Below, in pieces: positions 1 to 9,355 of a stretch of DNA of 64,000 bases (position 1 is its first letter; each line of letters opens with the position of its first letter). The notes under the pieces were generated by a model, which saw nothing but the letters and a program-made list of their open reading frames with translations, was not told the DNA's origin and ran no database searches. This stretch comes from Parcubacteria bacterium C7867-004 (GTDB lineage Bacteria > Patescibacteriota > Minisyncoccia > Phycocordibacterales > Phycocordibacteraceae): contig LFCN01000006.1 of NCBI GenBank assembly GCA_001189075.1, positions 237,219 through 301,218 of the forward strand, in the 5' to 3' direction. The position numbers and the translations under genes are program-made.

Positions 1-528
1 GAATCCCTTCTCGGATTCGGCTCCCGCGGCCTGGCGCTATTCTTCAGCATATTCCCCTGGGGATTGGCGACGCTTGATCTGATCTTGATAGCTCTGCTCG
101 TTTGGATGTTGCAGCACTTCAGGTTCGTGTACAGGACTCCGCTATTATTCATCATCGCCATACTGATAGTATTCGGCACGGCAAGCGGACTTCTGTTCGA
201 TCGCGAGACCGGGTTCCATGACGACCGATTCGAGGAAGCTGAGGCAGGAGAGCTTCCGATACCGATACAGGAGCTGTATGAGAATGTGCTCCCGACGGCA
301 CCTGAAGACCAGGGCATATATCGCGGGTATGTTACCGGCATCGTTTCCGGAGCGTTCCTGATGACGTATGACGATAATGATCACGACGAAGACGATGGCA
401 CCTGGATCGTCATGGGCCCTTCAGGTTTCGATACGTCCGCACTTCGGATAGGAGACAAGGTATATGTGGCGGGAGACCGTGACGGAAAGACGATCGAGGC
501 ATACGGCGTACGTACCTTGGCTCGGTAG
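1..528 (+). CDS. Hypothetical membrane protein, 5'-truncated by window edge
   Basis: Frame open from base 1 to TAG at 528; two hydrophobic helices then an acidic beta-rich C-terminal domain. Confidence 0.7.
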   Translation, partial: ESLLGFGSRGLALFFSIFPWGLATLDLILIALLVWMLQHFRFVYRTPLLFIIAILIVFGTASGLLFDRETGFHDDRFEEAEAGELPIPIQELYENVLPTAPEDQGIYRGYVTGIVSGAFLMTYDDNDHDEDDGTWIVMGPSGFDTSALRIGDKVYVAGDRDGKTIEAYGVRTLAR

Positions 529-568
529 GGCACTGAAATAAGAGGCGGTTCCCGGGTGTACTACCAGT

Positions 569-763
569 ATGCCCACAGAAACACTCGCATACTCGCTCTA
601 CGTCTGCCTCGAATGCGGATGGATATATGACGAGACGCTCGGGATGCCCGAGCGCGGTATCCCGCCCGGTACCCGGTGGGAGAGCCTTCCTGACGACTTC
701 CAATGCGGTGATTGCGATATCCAGAAGCGCGACACTCATATGTGGCAGAAACTCCCCGCATGA
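569..763 (+). CDS. Rubredoxin
   Basis: YVCLECGWIYD...GIPPGTRWESLPDDFQCGDC: two CxxC motifs with rubredoxin spacing. Confidence 0.93.
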   Translation: MPTETLAYSLYVCLECGWIYDETLGMPERGIPPGTRWESLPDDFQCGDCDIQKRDTHMWQKLPA

Positions 764-1131
764 AAAAGGACACCAAGACATTCCTCTATACCGTACTCGG
801 CATCCCTCTCGTATTGAGTTGGGTGTGGGGGCTTAACGCTGCGAATGAGGCGAGTACGGTGACGTACCAGCGGGAGCATGTTGCCGAAGCTGTGCCTGAG
901 ATAGTGCTGCCGGTTGAACCTGCTCAGGAGGTGGTAGCTGTAGCGACGGCAACTCCCGTGGTGCCTGTCCCTAAGCCCGTGCGCGCAAAGCCTGTCCCGC
1001 AACCTGTGGTAGTTCCCGTGCCGGTAGCTCCACCTGCGGTTGTGACGGTCGTTACGCCTCCGCCTGCCGATCCTGCCCCTAAACCTAAGCCGGTGGCGGT
1101 GAAGAAGGCACGGCGCACCCGCGCCAGCTAA
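760..1131 (+). CDS. Membrane-anchored Pro/Val-rich protein ending in ...RRTRAS
   Basis: ATG 760 overlaps rubredoxin stop (ATGA); N-terminal TM helix, long P/V/A/T linker. Confidence 0.75.
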   Translation: MKKDTKTFLYTVLGIPLVLSWVWGLNAANEASTVTYQREHVAEAVPEIVLPVEPAQEVVAVATATPVVPVPKPVRAKPVPQPVVVPVPVAPPAVVTVVTPPPADPAPKPKPVAVKKARRTRAS

Positions 1132-1135
1132 TGCC

Positions 1136-2062
1136 ATGAAGGAATACGACTACGAGAAGAAGATCATGGGGTCAGAGGCGAGCTTGAGCATCATCGCGCC
1201 TACGCCAGCGATTGCTAACGCTGCGGTAGTTGAGCTCTTTGAGATCGCCGAGAATGAAGAAGCCCGCTTTTCGCGATTTCGCGAAGAGAGCGAGCTTTCA
1301 CGACTCAATCGTGAACGCTCGTGCCAGGTTTCCAAAGAGTTCATGGATGCGTTCTTGCTCGGGAAAGAGCTGTACCGCACAACGCACGGTACATTCAACC
1401 CGCTTGTCGACATTTCCCGTTTCGGATACGACGCGGACATAGCCGTTGTAAAGGGCACGAACCGTATTGGGAAAGAGATTGCGTCGTACGACACCGATAT
1501 GGAATCGGTGCTCGTCGATCAGGAAACTATGACCATTTCGCTTGCGGAGGGTCAGAATCTTGATTTCGGCGGATATATGAAAGGGCATACCGCGGAGAAG
1601 ATGGCGAAGGCTGCCAAGGGCTGTCAGGGAGTACTGGTAAACCTCGGCGGAGACATCTACGCCCGCGGACTCGATGCAGAAGGGAAGCCTTTTATCTTCG
1701 TAATCGAAGACCCGACTGATGCCGGTATCGACCTCTCATTCTTTGCGACTAATGCGGGGATCGCAACCAGTGGATCCTACAACCGCCACTGGAACTATCT
1801 CGGTACCCCGTTCTTTCATATCCTCGACGCATCAGGGACCAAGAACCCGGCGACAGAAATCCTGTCGGCCACTGTTATTGCGCGATCGGGCGCAGAAGCC
1901 GACGCATACGCGACTGCAGCTCTTATTCTCGGGATCAAGCCCGCTGAGAGATTCCTTGAGGAGAACGGGTGCGAGTACTGCCTCATCGGAAAGGACGGCA
2001 GTTTGACCTTTTCCGGAGCATTTCCACTTGTTCAGAAAGCTGAATCCTACCTCTATGCCTAA
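1136..2062 (+). CDS. apbE: FAD:protein FMN transferase (ApbE)
   Basis: MGS start, SRFREESELSRLN, LDFGGYMKG, VNLGGDI, IATSGSY, HILD, ADAYATA motifs. Confidence 0.93.
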   Translation: MKEYDYEKKIMGSEASLSIIAPTPAIANAAVVELFEIAENEEARFSRFREESELSRLNRERSCQVSKEFMDAFLLGKELYRTTHGTFNPLVDISRFGYDADIAVVKGTNRIGKEIASYDTDMESVLVDQETMTISLAEGQNLDFGGYMKGHTAEKMAKAAKGCQGVLVNLGGDIYARGLDAEGKPFIFVIEDPTDAGIDLSFFATNAGIATSGSYNRHWNYLGTPFFHILDASGTKNPATEILSATVIARSGAEADAYATAALILGIKPAERFLEENGCEYCLIGKDGSLTFSGAFPLVQKAESYLYA

Positions 2063-2681
2063 CAAAACATTCTTCACGTTCATAGCGTCACTTCAAGAGA
2101 CGCTCCTCATAATAGGTATCGGAATATCGCTCCTGCTGCCGATGATTCTTGCCTACGCTCCGGCGTATCTGCCGGAGTGGTCGTACACTGCACTATTCGG
2201 GCTGTCGCTATTCACGGTATTCCTCGTGATGATCATCCGCCCGCTTGCTGATTTGTTTCCTAGCGTCACCTGGATACGGCCGCTCGTGATCTTGCGCAAG
2301 GGATTCGGCGTACTGTCGGCATCGATCATCGTGGGGATTATGCTCTCGAAGTTCATGGTCGATGGATTTGTCTACGCGCTCGACTTCTTCAGTCCTGAGC
2401 ACTGGTCGCTTGCTGGCGGCGCCGTGCTCGCGCCGATCGGAGATCTCTCCGCGCTGGTGCTCTTGGTCACGTCTAACAAATACTCGAAACGCGTACTCGG
2501 CAAGAACTGGAAGCGAATACAGAAGCTCGCGTACGTGTACTTCTATGCAGGCGCCTTGTATGAATTCCTGTTGCTCGATCAAGTCCTCGCTCTGGTAGCG
2601 ATGATCCTCGTAACGGCTCTAGTGGGCGCGGCGTATATAAAGAACAACCTGAAGCCCGTGCGCACACCTCAAACCATATGA
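2055..2681 (+). CDS. Ferric reductase-like / MsrQ-like transmembrane protein
   Basis: ~6 TM helices; RKGFG, LLVTSN, RVLGKNWKRIQKLAY resemble MsrQ motifs, but heme His residues are absent. Confidence 0.8.
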   Translation: MPNKTFFTFIASLQETLLIIGIGISLLLPMILAYAPAYLPEWSYTALFGLSLFTVFLVMIIRPLADLFPSVTWIRPLVILRKGFGVLSASIIVGIMLSKFMVDGFVYALDFFSPEHWSLAGGAVLAPIGDLSALVLLVTSNKYSKRVLGKNWKRIQKLAYVYFYAGALYEFLLLDQVLALVAMILVTALVGAAYIKNNLKPVRTPQTI

Positions 2682-3379
2682 CTATAAAGCGCATGACCGC
2701 GAATATAGGAACCGTACGCGACCTCTCGCCGACCGCGCGTGAAGTCACGCTCCGTCTTCCTGAGCCGCTCGGTTTCTCGCCCGGCGCGTTCGTGAACGTA
2801 TTCATGGATGCGGATGGTTCTCGCCTACGCCGTGCCTACTCGATATCCTCCGATGAGAATGCTCAGGATACGGTCACGCTTTCCATTCGGAAAGGAAGCC
2901 CGGGCGGTATGAGCGAGCGCTTCTGGGACGAGCAGATTGAACGCGTGCCGCTCGAGATCATGGGACCGCTCGGAATTAATACTGCCGATAAGATCACTGG
3001 TAGCAGGATATTCCTATTCGGATTCGGTATCGGCGTGTCAGTGATAAAAGGACTCCTGCCGCACCTGCTTCGAAGGGAAAATGTGACAGAGATAACCGTC
3101 ATGATTGGAAGCAGAAACGAGAAAGAATCCTTATATAAGGGATTCTTCGAGGAATTAGCGGGGCGCGACCCGCGCCTCAGAGTGAAGATAGTACTCTCGC
3201 AGCCGCTCGATGCCGCGTATCCATTCAAGGGATATCTGCAGTACCATGTTGATGACCTCGATTTCAGTGACGCGTCGGTTTATATCTGCGGAACGAAGAT
3301 CGCTGCCGAGTCCCTGAGGGAAGTGATAGAAAAGAAAGGGTCCGCGGTCCGAGAGTTCTTACTAGAAGCGTTCGATTAA
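2678..3379 (+). CDS. FAD/NAD(P)-binding oxidoreductase (FNR-like)
   Basis: FSPGAFV, RRAYSISS, GGMS, GPLG, GFGIGVS, YICG, C-terminal EAF. Confidence 0.88.
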   Translation: MTIKRMTANIGTVRDLSPTAREVTLRLPEPLGFSPGAFVNVFMDADGSRLRRAYSISSDENAQDTVTLSIRKGSPGGMSERFWDEQIERVPLEIMGPLGINTADKITGSRIFLFGFGIGVSVIKGLLPHLLRRENVTEITVMIGSRNEKESLYKGFFEELAGRDPRLRVKIVLSQPLDAAYPFKGYLQYHVDDLDFSDASVYICGTKIAAESLREVIEKKGSAVREFLLEAFD

Positions 3380-3389
3380 GCATATACTC

Positions 3390-3785
3390 ATGACTATGAA
3401 TACCAACACGAAATTCCTCCTTGTCGGACTGCTCGGCATCATTATCGGAATGGGCGGAGCAACGCTTGCGCTGCATGAGCGCGGCAATGATAGCGATGAT
3501 GGCCACCGTATGGCAGACGGATCCCGGATGCGAGGCTCAATGAGTATGCAGGGAGAGATGGACGGCATGATGCAGGCTCTCGACGGGAAGACCGGAGACG
3601 CATTCGATCAGGCCTTCCTGAAGGAAATGATCGTCCATCACCAGGGTGCGGTAGCTATGGCAGAGGCAGCACTAAAGAATGCCAAGCACCAGGAGATCAA
3701 GGACCTCGCCCAGGGAATAATCTCCGCGCAGAATTCTGAGATTCAGAAGATGGGTGAGTGGCAGAAAAGTTGGTACGGTAAGTGA
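3390..3785 (+). CDS. DUF305 (CopM-like) domain protein
   Basis: N-terminal TM; FDQAFLKEMIVHHQGAVAMA...LAQGIISAQNSEIQKMGEW. Confidence 0.88.
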   Translation: MTMNTNTKFLLVGLLGIIIGMGGATLALHERGNDSDDGHRMADGSRMRGSMSMQGEMDGMMQALDGKTGDAFDQAFLKEMIVHHQGAVAMAEAALKNAKHQEIKDLAQGIISAQNSEIQKMGEWQKSWYGK

Positions 3786-3961
3786 TACAGAGTAGATCAA
3801 TTTAAATCTCAATGACGCAGCTACAGTAGCTGGGATAAAATACTTTATTATCCTGGCAGCTCAAGCGTTCCTGAGTATCTACAGGAAACGCGCAGGGCGC
3901 AGTAGTTCCGCTAAGACACCCGCCTAGCCATTTGCGCTCTGCTTGGTATAGTTTTCCTATC

Positions 3962-4285
3962 ATGCCAATCATACGAATCGATTACGACAAGGAGCAGATC
4001 GAGAGCGAGGAAGTGCTAAGGCTTTCCCATGCTCTCCGGGATATCGTGTCTGAGGTAACGGGCATACAAGAGGTATTCGTCTATGCTGATAGCCACGAGA
4101 TCACCATCAAGGCGGATCCGCTTGAGATCTTCATAGAAATGAGCGCTCACCTTGCTACGGATGTTGATGCATTGATGGAGGAGATCAAGAAACGACTATC
4201 AGCATGGAAAGCAGAGGTGGGCTTCACCACACCGATAAACCTCACCATTATCCCGATGCAGTGGAAGATAGAGATCGGTATCTAA
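3962..4285 (+). CDS. Hypothetical protein, possibly tautomerase superfamily
   Basis: Met-Pro start (MPIIRIDY), ~107 aa, beta-alpha-beta pattern; TATAGT just upstream. Confidence 0.6.
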   Translation: MPIIRIDYDKEQIESEEVLRLSHALRDIVSEVTGIQEVFVYADSHEITIKADPLEIFIEMSAHLATDVDALMEEIKKRLSAWKAEVGFTTPINLTIIPMQWKIEIGI

Positions 4286-4301
4286 AGGCTCAATCGTTCC
4301 T

Positions 4302-4736
4302 ATGGCCGAACCAAAGACAAAGGTAACGAAGGCGAGTGTGGAGAAGTTCTTGAGCGGGATAAAGGATGCGCAGAAGCGCGAAGATTGCACTGCCATATCC
4401 AAGATGATGGAGAAGGCGATAAAATCCAAGACAGAGATGTGGGGCGCATCGATCGTCGGCTTCGGTCGCCGGACGTACACGTATGCGAACGGGAAAGAGG
4501 GAGAGTGGATGGTAATCGGCTTTGCTCCGCGCAAACAGAATATCGCACTCTATGGTCTAAAGGTTTTCACTATGACAACTGCTGGCCTACAAGAGAAGAA
4601 AGGAGAAAACGACTTTCTTTTAAAACTGGGGAAATATAAGGAAGGAGGAGGGTGCCTCTATATCAATAGGCTTTCTGATATCGATACGAAAGAGCTTGAG
4701 AAGATAACAAAGCTTGCAGTAAGTCGAAATAAATAA
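4302..4736 (+). CDS. DUF1801 (YdhG-like) protein
   Basis: MWGASIVGFG..Y..G.EGEW..IGFAPRKQNIALY...LGKYK.GGGCLYINRLSDID. Confidence 0.88.
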   Translation: MAEPKTKVTKASVEKFLSGIKDAQKREDCTAISKMMEKAIKSKTEMWGASIVGFGRRTYTYANGKEGEWMVIGFAPRKQNIALYGLKVFTMTTAGLQEKKGENDFLLKLGKYKEGGGCLYINRLSDIDTKELEKITKLAVSRNK

Positions 4737-5305
4737 TGAACATGCTTTCCATAGAGGACACCAACCGCATGTCTTGGAATGAGGTCGATGAATGCAAAGA
4801 TCGGCTATTCAAGCAGATAGAAGCGGAATTCACTGACCCGGAATCCCTCATAATCGCGCCTCTGCTCCGGACAGGAGGAATTGTCGGCGGCATGCTGTCC
4901 ATAAAGCTTCGGGCGGTTCAGATGCTCCCGCTCCAGTTCAAGTATTTATATAACCCGACAAAGATCAGTCAGTTGCTCTCGATACCCGATTTTCTCGCTG
5001 AGGTGCCTAGCCCCATGAACGTTGTTCTGTGCGAAGGGAATACAAGCTCAGGCTCAACCGCGATAAAGGCATCCGCCGCGATACGTGAGAAATATCCGCA
5101 TGCAAAAGTTTACTTAGCTACGCTGACGAAAGTGTTCGGCGGCCCTGAGGAGCTCGAAGGCATAGAAAAGATATTCTATGGTCGCCAGACAGATGAAGGA
5201 TTTAAAGCTACTGCTGAAGAAAAGGAAAGCCTTGATCTAAGAGAAGGGGTTACCGTTTTCCCATGGGAAAATGCTGACGACGAACTCTCCGATCTAAATG
5301 CCTAG
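4736..5305 (+). CDS. Phosphoribosyltransferase-like protein
   Basis: LLRTGGIVGG, degenerate PRPP loop VVLCEGNTSSGST, C-terminal VFPWE. Confidence 0.65.
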   Translation: MNMLSIEDTNRMSWNEVDECKDRLFKQIEAEFTDPESLIIAPLLRTGGIVGGMLSIKLRAVQMLPLQFKYLYNPTKISQLLSIPDFLAEVPSPMNVVLCEGNTSSGSTAIKASAAIREKYPHAKVYLATLTKVFGGPEELEGIEKIFYGRQTDEGFKATAEEKESLDLREGVTVFPWENADDELSDLNA

Positions 5306-5331
5306 AACAGACTGCTGGTCCTTGAGCCTCT

Positions 5332-5640
5332 CTATTTCTTAGATCGCTTGCTGAGCACCCCTCGCACCGAAGGACTCACCGCTTTATCCTTGCGGTGGAT
5401 ACAACCGATCCAGCAACAGGGACGGCGCACACCTTCCTTGAGCTTGCTGATAAGACACTCTCGATGCTCCTTTCTCGTCTCCTCCTTCTTTACGGAGATA
5501 ACCCAGCAGATCCATTCATTGCGCGCGAGCGGCGTAAGACTCTCCCAGGCAGCGCGTGCGGCCTTGCTTGAGGAAAGAGCCTTTTGGATATCTGAAGGTA
5601 GTGCGTGGGCGGTACCCGCGGAGATTGTTATCGTAGCCAT
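5332..5640 (-). CDS. YdeI/OmpD-associated family protein
   Basis: LPSDIQKAL...WESLTPLARNEWICWVISVKKEETR...RRPCCWIGC. Confidence 0.88.
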   Translation of the reverse strand: MATITISAGTAHALPSDIQKALSSSKAARAAWESLTPLARNEWICWVISVKKEETRKEHRECLISKLKEGVRRPCCWIGCIHRKDKAVSPSVRGVLSKRSKK

Positions 5641-5691
5641 ACGTACATAGTACTGCAATTTTATTACCGGGAGATGTGCTACATTCTTCGC

Positions 5692-6237
5692 ATGGTTAGC
5701 ATCATGTACTTCGTCCATGGGACCACCGTCGACAACGAGAATGAGATCTCGTCCGGGTGGTCGGACGCAGAGCTCTCGGAGCTCGGTATCCGGCAGTCGA
5801 TCGAGCTCGGAGAGAAAGTCGATGGGGCATCATTCGACGTCGTCTTCTGCTCGGATCTTTCGCGGGCTCGCAAGTCCGCTGAACTCGCCTGGGGAGAGAC
5901 GGTACCCATCATTCCGGACGCTCGATTGCGGGAATGTAATTACGGAACGCTGAATGGCGCAGCTTCCGCGATCGTGGAGCCGCTGCAGGAGAGAGACATG
6001 CATCATACGCCGTTCCCGGAAGGGGAGAGCTATAACGATGTGAAGGACCGCGTCGCTGATTTCCTTGAATTCCTGAAAGCAGACTATGACGGGAAGCGCG
6101 TTGCTATAGTGGGTCATAAGGCTCCCCAGCTTGCGCTCGACGTATTGCTCAAAGGAATAACCTGGGACGAGGCGCTGGCTCGCGACTGGCGCAAGACCAA
6201 GTCCTGGCAGCCCGGGTGGGAATATACGATTACCTAA
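5692..6237 (+). CDS. Histidine phosphatase family protein
   Basis: VHGTT (RHG variant), GWSDAELSELG, SDLSRA, RLRECNYG, GES, IVGH. Confidence 0.88.
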   Translation: MVSIMYFVHGTTVDNENEISSGWSDAELSELGIRQSIELGEKVDGASFDVVFCSDLSRARKSAELAWGETVPIIPDARLRECNYGTLNGAASAIVEPLQERDMHHTPFPEGESYNDVKDRVADFLEFLKADYDGKRVAIVGHKAPQLALDVLLKGITWDEALARDWRKTKSWQPGWEYTIT

Positions 6238-6786
6238 ATGAAAAAGGTCATCATCATCCACGGCAACGGGGGAAGCACGGGAAACGATCAGTGGATACCG
6301 TGGCTCGCGGACGAGCTCCGAGGCCACGGCTTTGAAGTGCAGCATCCGACATTCCCGGATAACGTCGAGGCAAAGGGTTCGGTCTGGCTTCCTTATATTG
6401 ATGAACTGGGGGCGGATGAGGATACGATTATCGTGGGCTGGTCTTCAGGAGCAGTGGCCGCTATGCGGTATGCGGAAACACACAAGCTACGTGCCTCGGT
6501 ACTGATCGGCGCCTGCCACACAGATCTCGGGGAAGAGAGCGAGAGGGTATCCGGGTATTACGACGCACCCTGGGATTGGGATGCTATTCGCGCCAATCAG
6601 GTATGGATCGCCCAGTTCGCATCCATAGATGATCCCCTTATTCCCATAGAGGAGGCCAGATTCATACAGGAAAAGCTCGGTACCGAGTACTACGAGTCCT
6701 CCGATAAGCAGCATTTCGGATATCCCGATTCCATGGACACGTTTCCCGAGGTTTTGGATGTAATCCTCTCGCATGAGGGTGCATAA
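6238..6786 (+). CDS. RBBP9/YdeN alpha/beta hydrolase
   Basis: IIHGNGG, WIPWL, GWSSG nucleophile motif, DDPLIP, QHF. Confidence 0.88.
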   Translation: MKKVIIIHGNGGSTGNDQWIPWLADELRGHGFEVQHPTFPDNVEAKGSVWLPYIDELGADEDTIIVGWSSGAVAAMRYAETHKLRASVLIGACHTDLGEESERVSGYYDAPWDWDAIRANQVWIAQFASIDDPLIPIEEARFIQEKLGTEYYESSDKQHFGYPDSMDTFPEVLDVILSHEGA

Positions 6787-6840
6787 GGACATGGTTCGCC
6801 CTTCACGCCAAATTAACGTACTACGCTATACTGTACGCAT

Positions 6841-7179
6841 ATGAAATTCTTTGTTACCTATCAGATGCCCCACACAGGACTCGATGAGTGGATGAAATTA
6901 CCCGAGGAGGAGCGTAAGGCGCAGGAGAACCAGATGAAGTCCGATTGGGATGCGTGGATGGCTGCGCACAAGGACGTGGTAACTGACACCGCAGGAGTCG
7001 GCAAGCCGAAGCGTATTCTGGGAGACACTGTTGAAGATGCTCGTAACGATCTTATGATGTACTCATTCGTCGAGGCAGAGTCGCTCGAAGCTGCTGCAGA
7101 GATATTCAAGGGACACCCTCATTTTGGTATCCCGGGAGGAAGCATCGAGGTAATGAAGGTGAACGCGAACGTCAGTTAA
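6841..7179 (+). CDS. YciI/DGPF-like small protein
   Basis: YSFVEAESLEAAAEIFKGHPH...GGSIEV. Confidence 0.75.
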   Translation: MKFFVTYQMPHTGLDEWMKLPEEERKAQENQMKSDWDAWMAAHKDVVTDTAGVGKPKRILGDTVEDARNDLMMYSFVEAESLEAAAEIFKGHPHFGIPGGSIEVMKVNANVS

Positions 7180-7191
7180 GAACGCCAGGCG

Positions 7192-8220
7192 TTACGGTTC
7201 GATAGGCAGGCTGTTCTCCGCTTCCTCCTGATAGAGGTAGCACTCGCCGTCCTCGAGGCAGTAGTGATCGTCGTAGTACTCGATGCCGTCCTCTTCGTAT
7301 GCGGCATCATCTTTCTCGGTCTTCTCTAGTACGCTAGCGAACGCTACGCCAGCGATAAGGCCGATGTAGATAACCGCCAGGAAGCCGAAAGAGAATATGG
7401 GTCCGAGCACCATGCCGAACAGGTTCGCCTTCGGGAGGACAACCGGCTGGTTCGGTTCGAAGAATGTGCGGATGCGAGAGAATCTGAGCGCGGTGAACGG
7501 ATGCGAGCTGTTCGTGTAGACCACCGCTGGCCAGAACTGCGACACGTCGCGCGCCTGTTCTTCGTACGCGGCGGCATCGAGCGCGGCGCTCCTGCCGTAA
7601 TTGGCGGTAGCGAGCACGGCCACTGCCTGACGCGCTTTTTCGAGCGAGCTTGCGCCGAAGCGCGCTCCGTAGGCGTCACAGGTATATTCACAGGCCCTGC
7701 TGTATGCGGTATAGAGCCACGGCACCAGGCGGACCGGCGCGAAGAAGCTGCTGAAGAGCGTGTGCTTCCGGACATGATGCCCGATCTCATGACCGAGGAT
7801 GAACGAAGTGAGCTCCTTGTCGTTATCGCAGGCGACGAGCAGATCAGTCGTTATAACGACGAAATCTCGCATCACCACCTTAAGTGCGAAGGCGTTGATC
7901 ATTCCGCTGCCGTTGAAGACATAGACACTCGGCAATTTCGTAAGGCCGATCCGATCGCTGATGCGCTTTGTCTCAGCATAGAGATCAGGGTACTGTGTGG
8001 CCGATACGCGGATACCGTACCCCTTTATCTGTGCGATGAATAGGCAATTGAGACAGATCCCGAGAAGACCTCCCAGCACTATCACGATAAGACCGATTCC
8101 GAGTGATGCTATAGCGAACCCAACCCAGAAGATGGTCGCGAGCGCGAAGATACTGAAGAATAACGGACGCTCAGTGGGATAGATCAGATCAGGGGAATCA
8201 GTGCCGGTGGTTTTTTCCAT
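7192..8220 (-). CDS. M48 family zinc metallopeptidase
   Basis: NAFA, ILGHEIGHH, SRACEYTCD, SSHP..R; TM helices. Confidence 0.88.
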   Translation of the reverse strand: MEKTTGTDSPDLIYPTERPLFFSIFALATIFWVGFAIASLGIGLIVIVLGGLLGICLNCLFIAQIKGYGIRVSATQYPDLYAETKRISDRIGLTKLPSVYVFNGSGMINAFALKVVMRDFVVITTDLLVACDNDKELTSFILGHEIGHHVRKHTLFSSFFAPVRLVPWLYTAYSRACEYTCDAYGARFGASSLEKARQAVAVLATANYGRSAALDAAAYEEQARDVSQFWPAVVYTNSSHPFTALRFSRIRTFFEPNQPVVLPKANLFGMVLGPIFSFGFLAVIYIGLIAGVAFASVLEKTEKDDAAYEEDGIEYYDDHYCLEDGECYLYQEEAENSLPIEP

Positions 8221-8262
8221 ATGCCAAAAGCATAGCACCCCTATAGAGGGTATGATTGCCGC

Positions 8263-8691
8263 ATGTCAGAAGGACCGCCGTCACAAAAAGAAGGAGATAG
8301 GTCCATGTCGTCGAAAGACGCGCGGGAGCGTTTGGAGCTGTATCTGGCGTTGGAATTCAGGCAGGAATCATATGAAGACTTACGTCCGCTAATTCTCCTC
8401 CTTGAGGGAATATTTGAGGACTTTGAAAAGGAGCATGATCCTGAAGCATTGCTTGCTATCACCTCATTCGCGTCCGAGGAAGAGCGTATCGCTTCTATCC
8501 GACAACCGGCGCTCCTCGCGCTCACGCCTATAGCGCAGACCCTTAAATACCTTAGTCATCAAAAAGCCGTTCCGAAGGATGTGTATGACGCTCTTCGGGC
8601 ACGCCAGAAGTTCCTTAATAATATTGTCGGATCCGTAACCGTTGACCCAAGCGGGAACGTATTCGAGCTCGTGCATCACGATCGAGGGTAG
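8263..8691 (+). CDS. Hypothetical protein
   Basis: 142-aa ORF filling gap; TATGAT 6 nt upstream; alternative start 8305. Confidence 0.6.
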   Translation: MSEGPPSQKEGDRSMSSKDARERLELYLALEFRQESYEDLRPLILLLEGIFEDFEKEHDPEALLAITSFASEEERIASIRQPALLALTPIAQTLKYLSHQKAVPKDVYDALRARQKFLNNIVGSVTVDPSGNVFELVHHDRG

Positions 8692-8772
8692 AAGATAGAG
8701 GACCTGTCGGGAGAGTTGTTTTTCAAAAATTGTATGATATAATCAAAATACAAGACAACTAAACCCTCACCC

Positions 8773-9246
8773 ATGCCCGATTTCAAGAAGACCAATCGAT
8801 TCAGTAAGCCAGGAGGCTTCAAGCGCCCGACATTCGGGTCAGGACCGCGTCGCCCCGCTGGACGCGATTTCGGGAATACCGAGACATTCAAGGCAACCTG
8901 CAGCAAGTGCAACAATTCCTGCGATGTGCCGTTCCGTCCGAATGGGAAGAAGCCGGTATTCTGCAAGGACTGCTTCGTCCGCGATGACGCCCGCCCTCAG
9001 ACCGGGGGATATGAGAAGCGTAGCTACAACGACGAGCGCCCTTCCTACAATCCTAAGCCGGCTGTAACCGAGGACCCTCGTATCGGTGCTATGCAGAAGG
9101 AGCTCGCGGTAGTCCATGCGAAACTCGATACCCTTATCGAGCGCCTCGAAGGCGCGGCGTTCTCTTCGATCATTGAGAAGGCATCCGAGCGCGCGGAAAA
9201 GCCGGTAAAGACTAAAGCCGCAGCAAAGAAAGCAGCGAAAAAATAA
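8773..9246 (+). CDS. CxxC-x17-CxxC zinc-ribbon domain protein
   Basis: FKATCSKCNNSCDVPFRPNGKKPVFCKDCF; basic low-complexity flanks. Confidence 0.88.
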   Translation: MPDFKKTNRFSKPGGFKRPTFGSGPRRPAGRDFGNTETFKATCSKCNNSCDVPFRPNGKKPVFCKDCFVRDDARPQTGGYEKRSYNDERPSYNPKPAVTEDPRIGAMQKELAVVHAKLDTLIERLEGAAFSSIIEKASERAEKPVKTKAAAKKAAKK

Positions 9247-9268
9247 TTCCTGCCGCAAGACACAGTGC

Positions 9269-9300
9269 AAGAGCGCGCCCTTCTGGGCGCGTTCTTGTTT
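9269..9300 (+). terminator. Intrinsic terminator
   Basis: AAGAGCGCGCCC-TTCT-GGGCGCGTTCTT followed by GTTT. Confidence 0.7.
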
Positions 9301-9355
9301 GCTATGCTTGAAGGCATTAACGCTCAGTTCACTATCCTCATTCCATACTTCGCAC

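Noticed and set aside
3864-3900. Purine riboswitch (TATCTACAGG resembles TTTCTACC)
   Set aside because: P2/P3 loop consensus absent; downstream gene unrelated and apparently leaderless
3900-3921. Partial AGACACCC matches to the att repeat (also at 28970)
   Set aside because: Only 8 nt match and the GTTnnAAC half is missing in register
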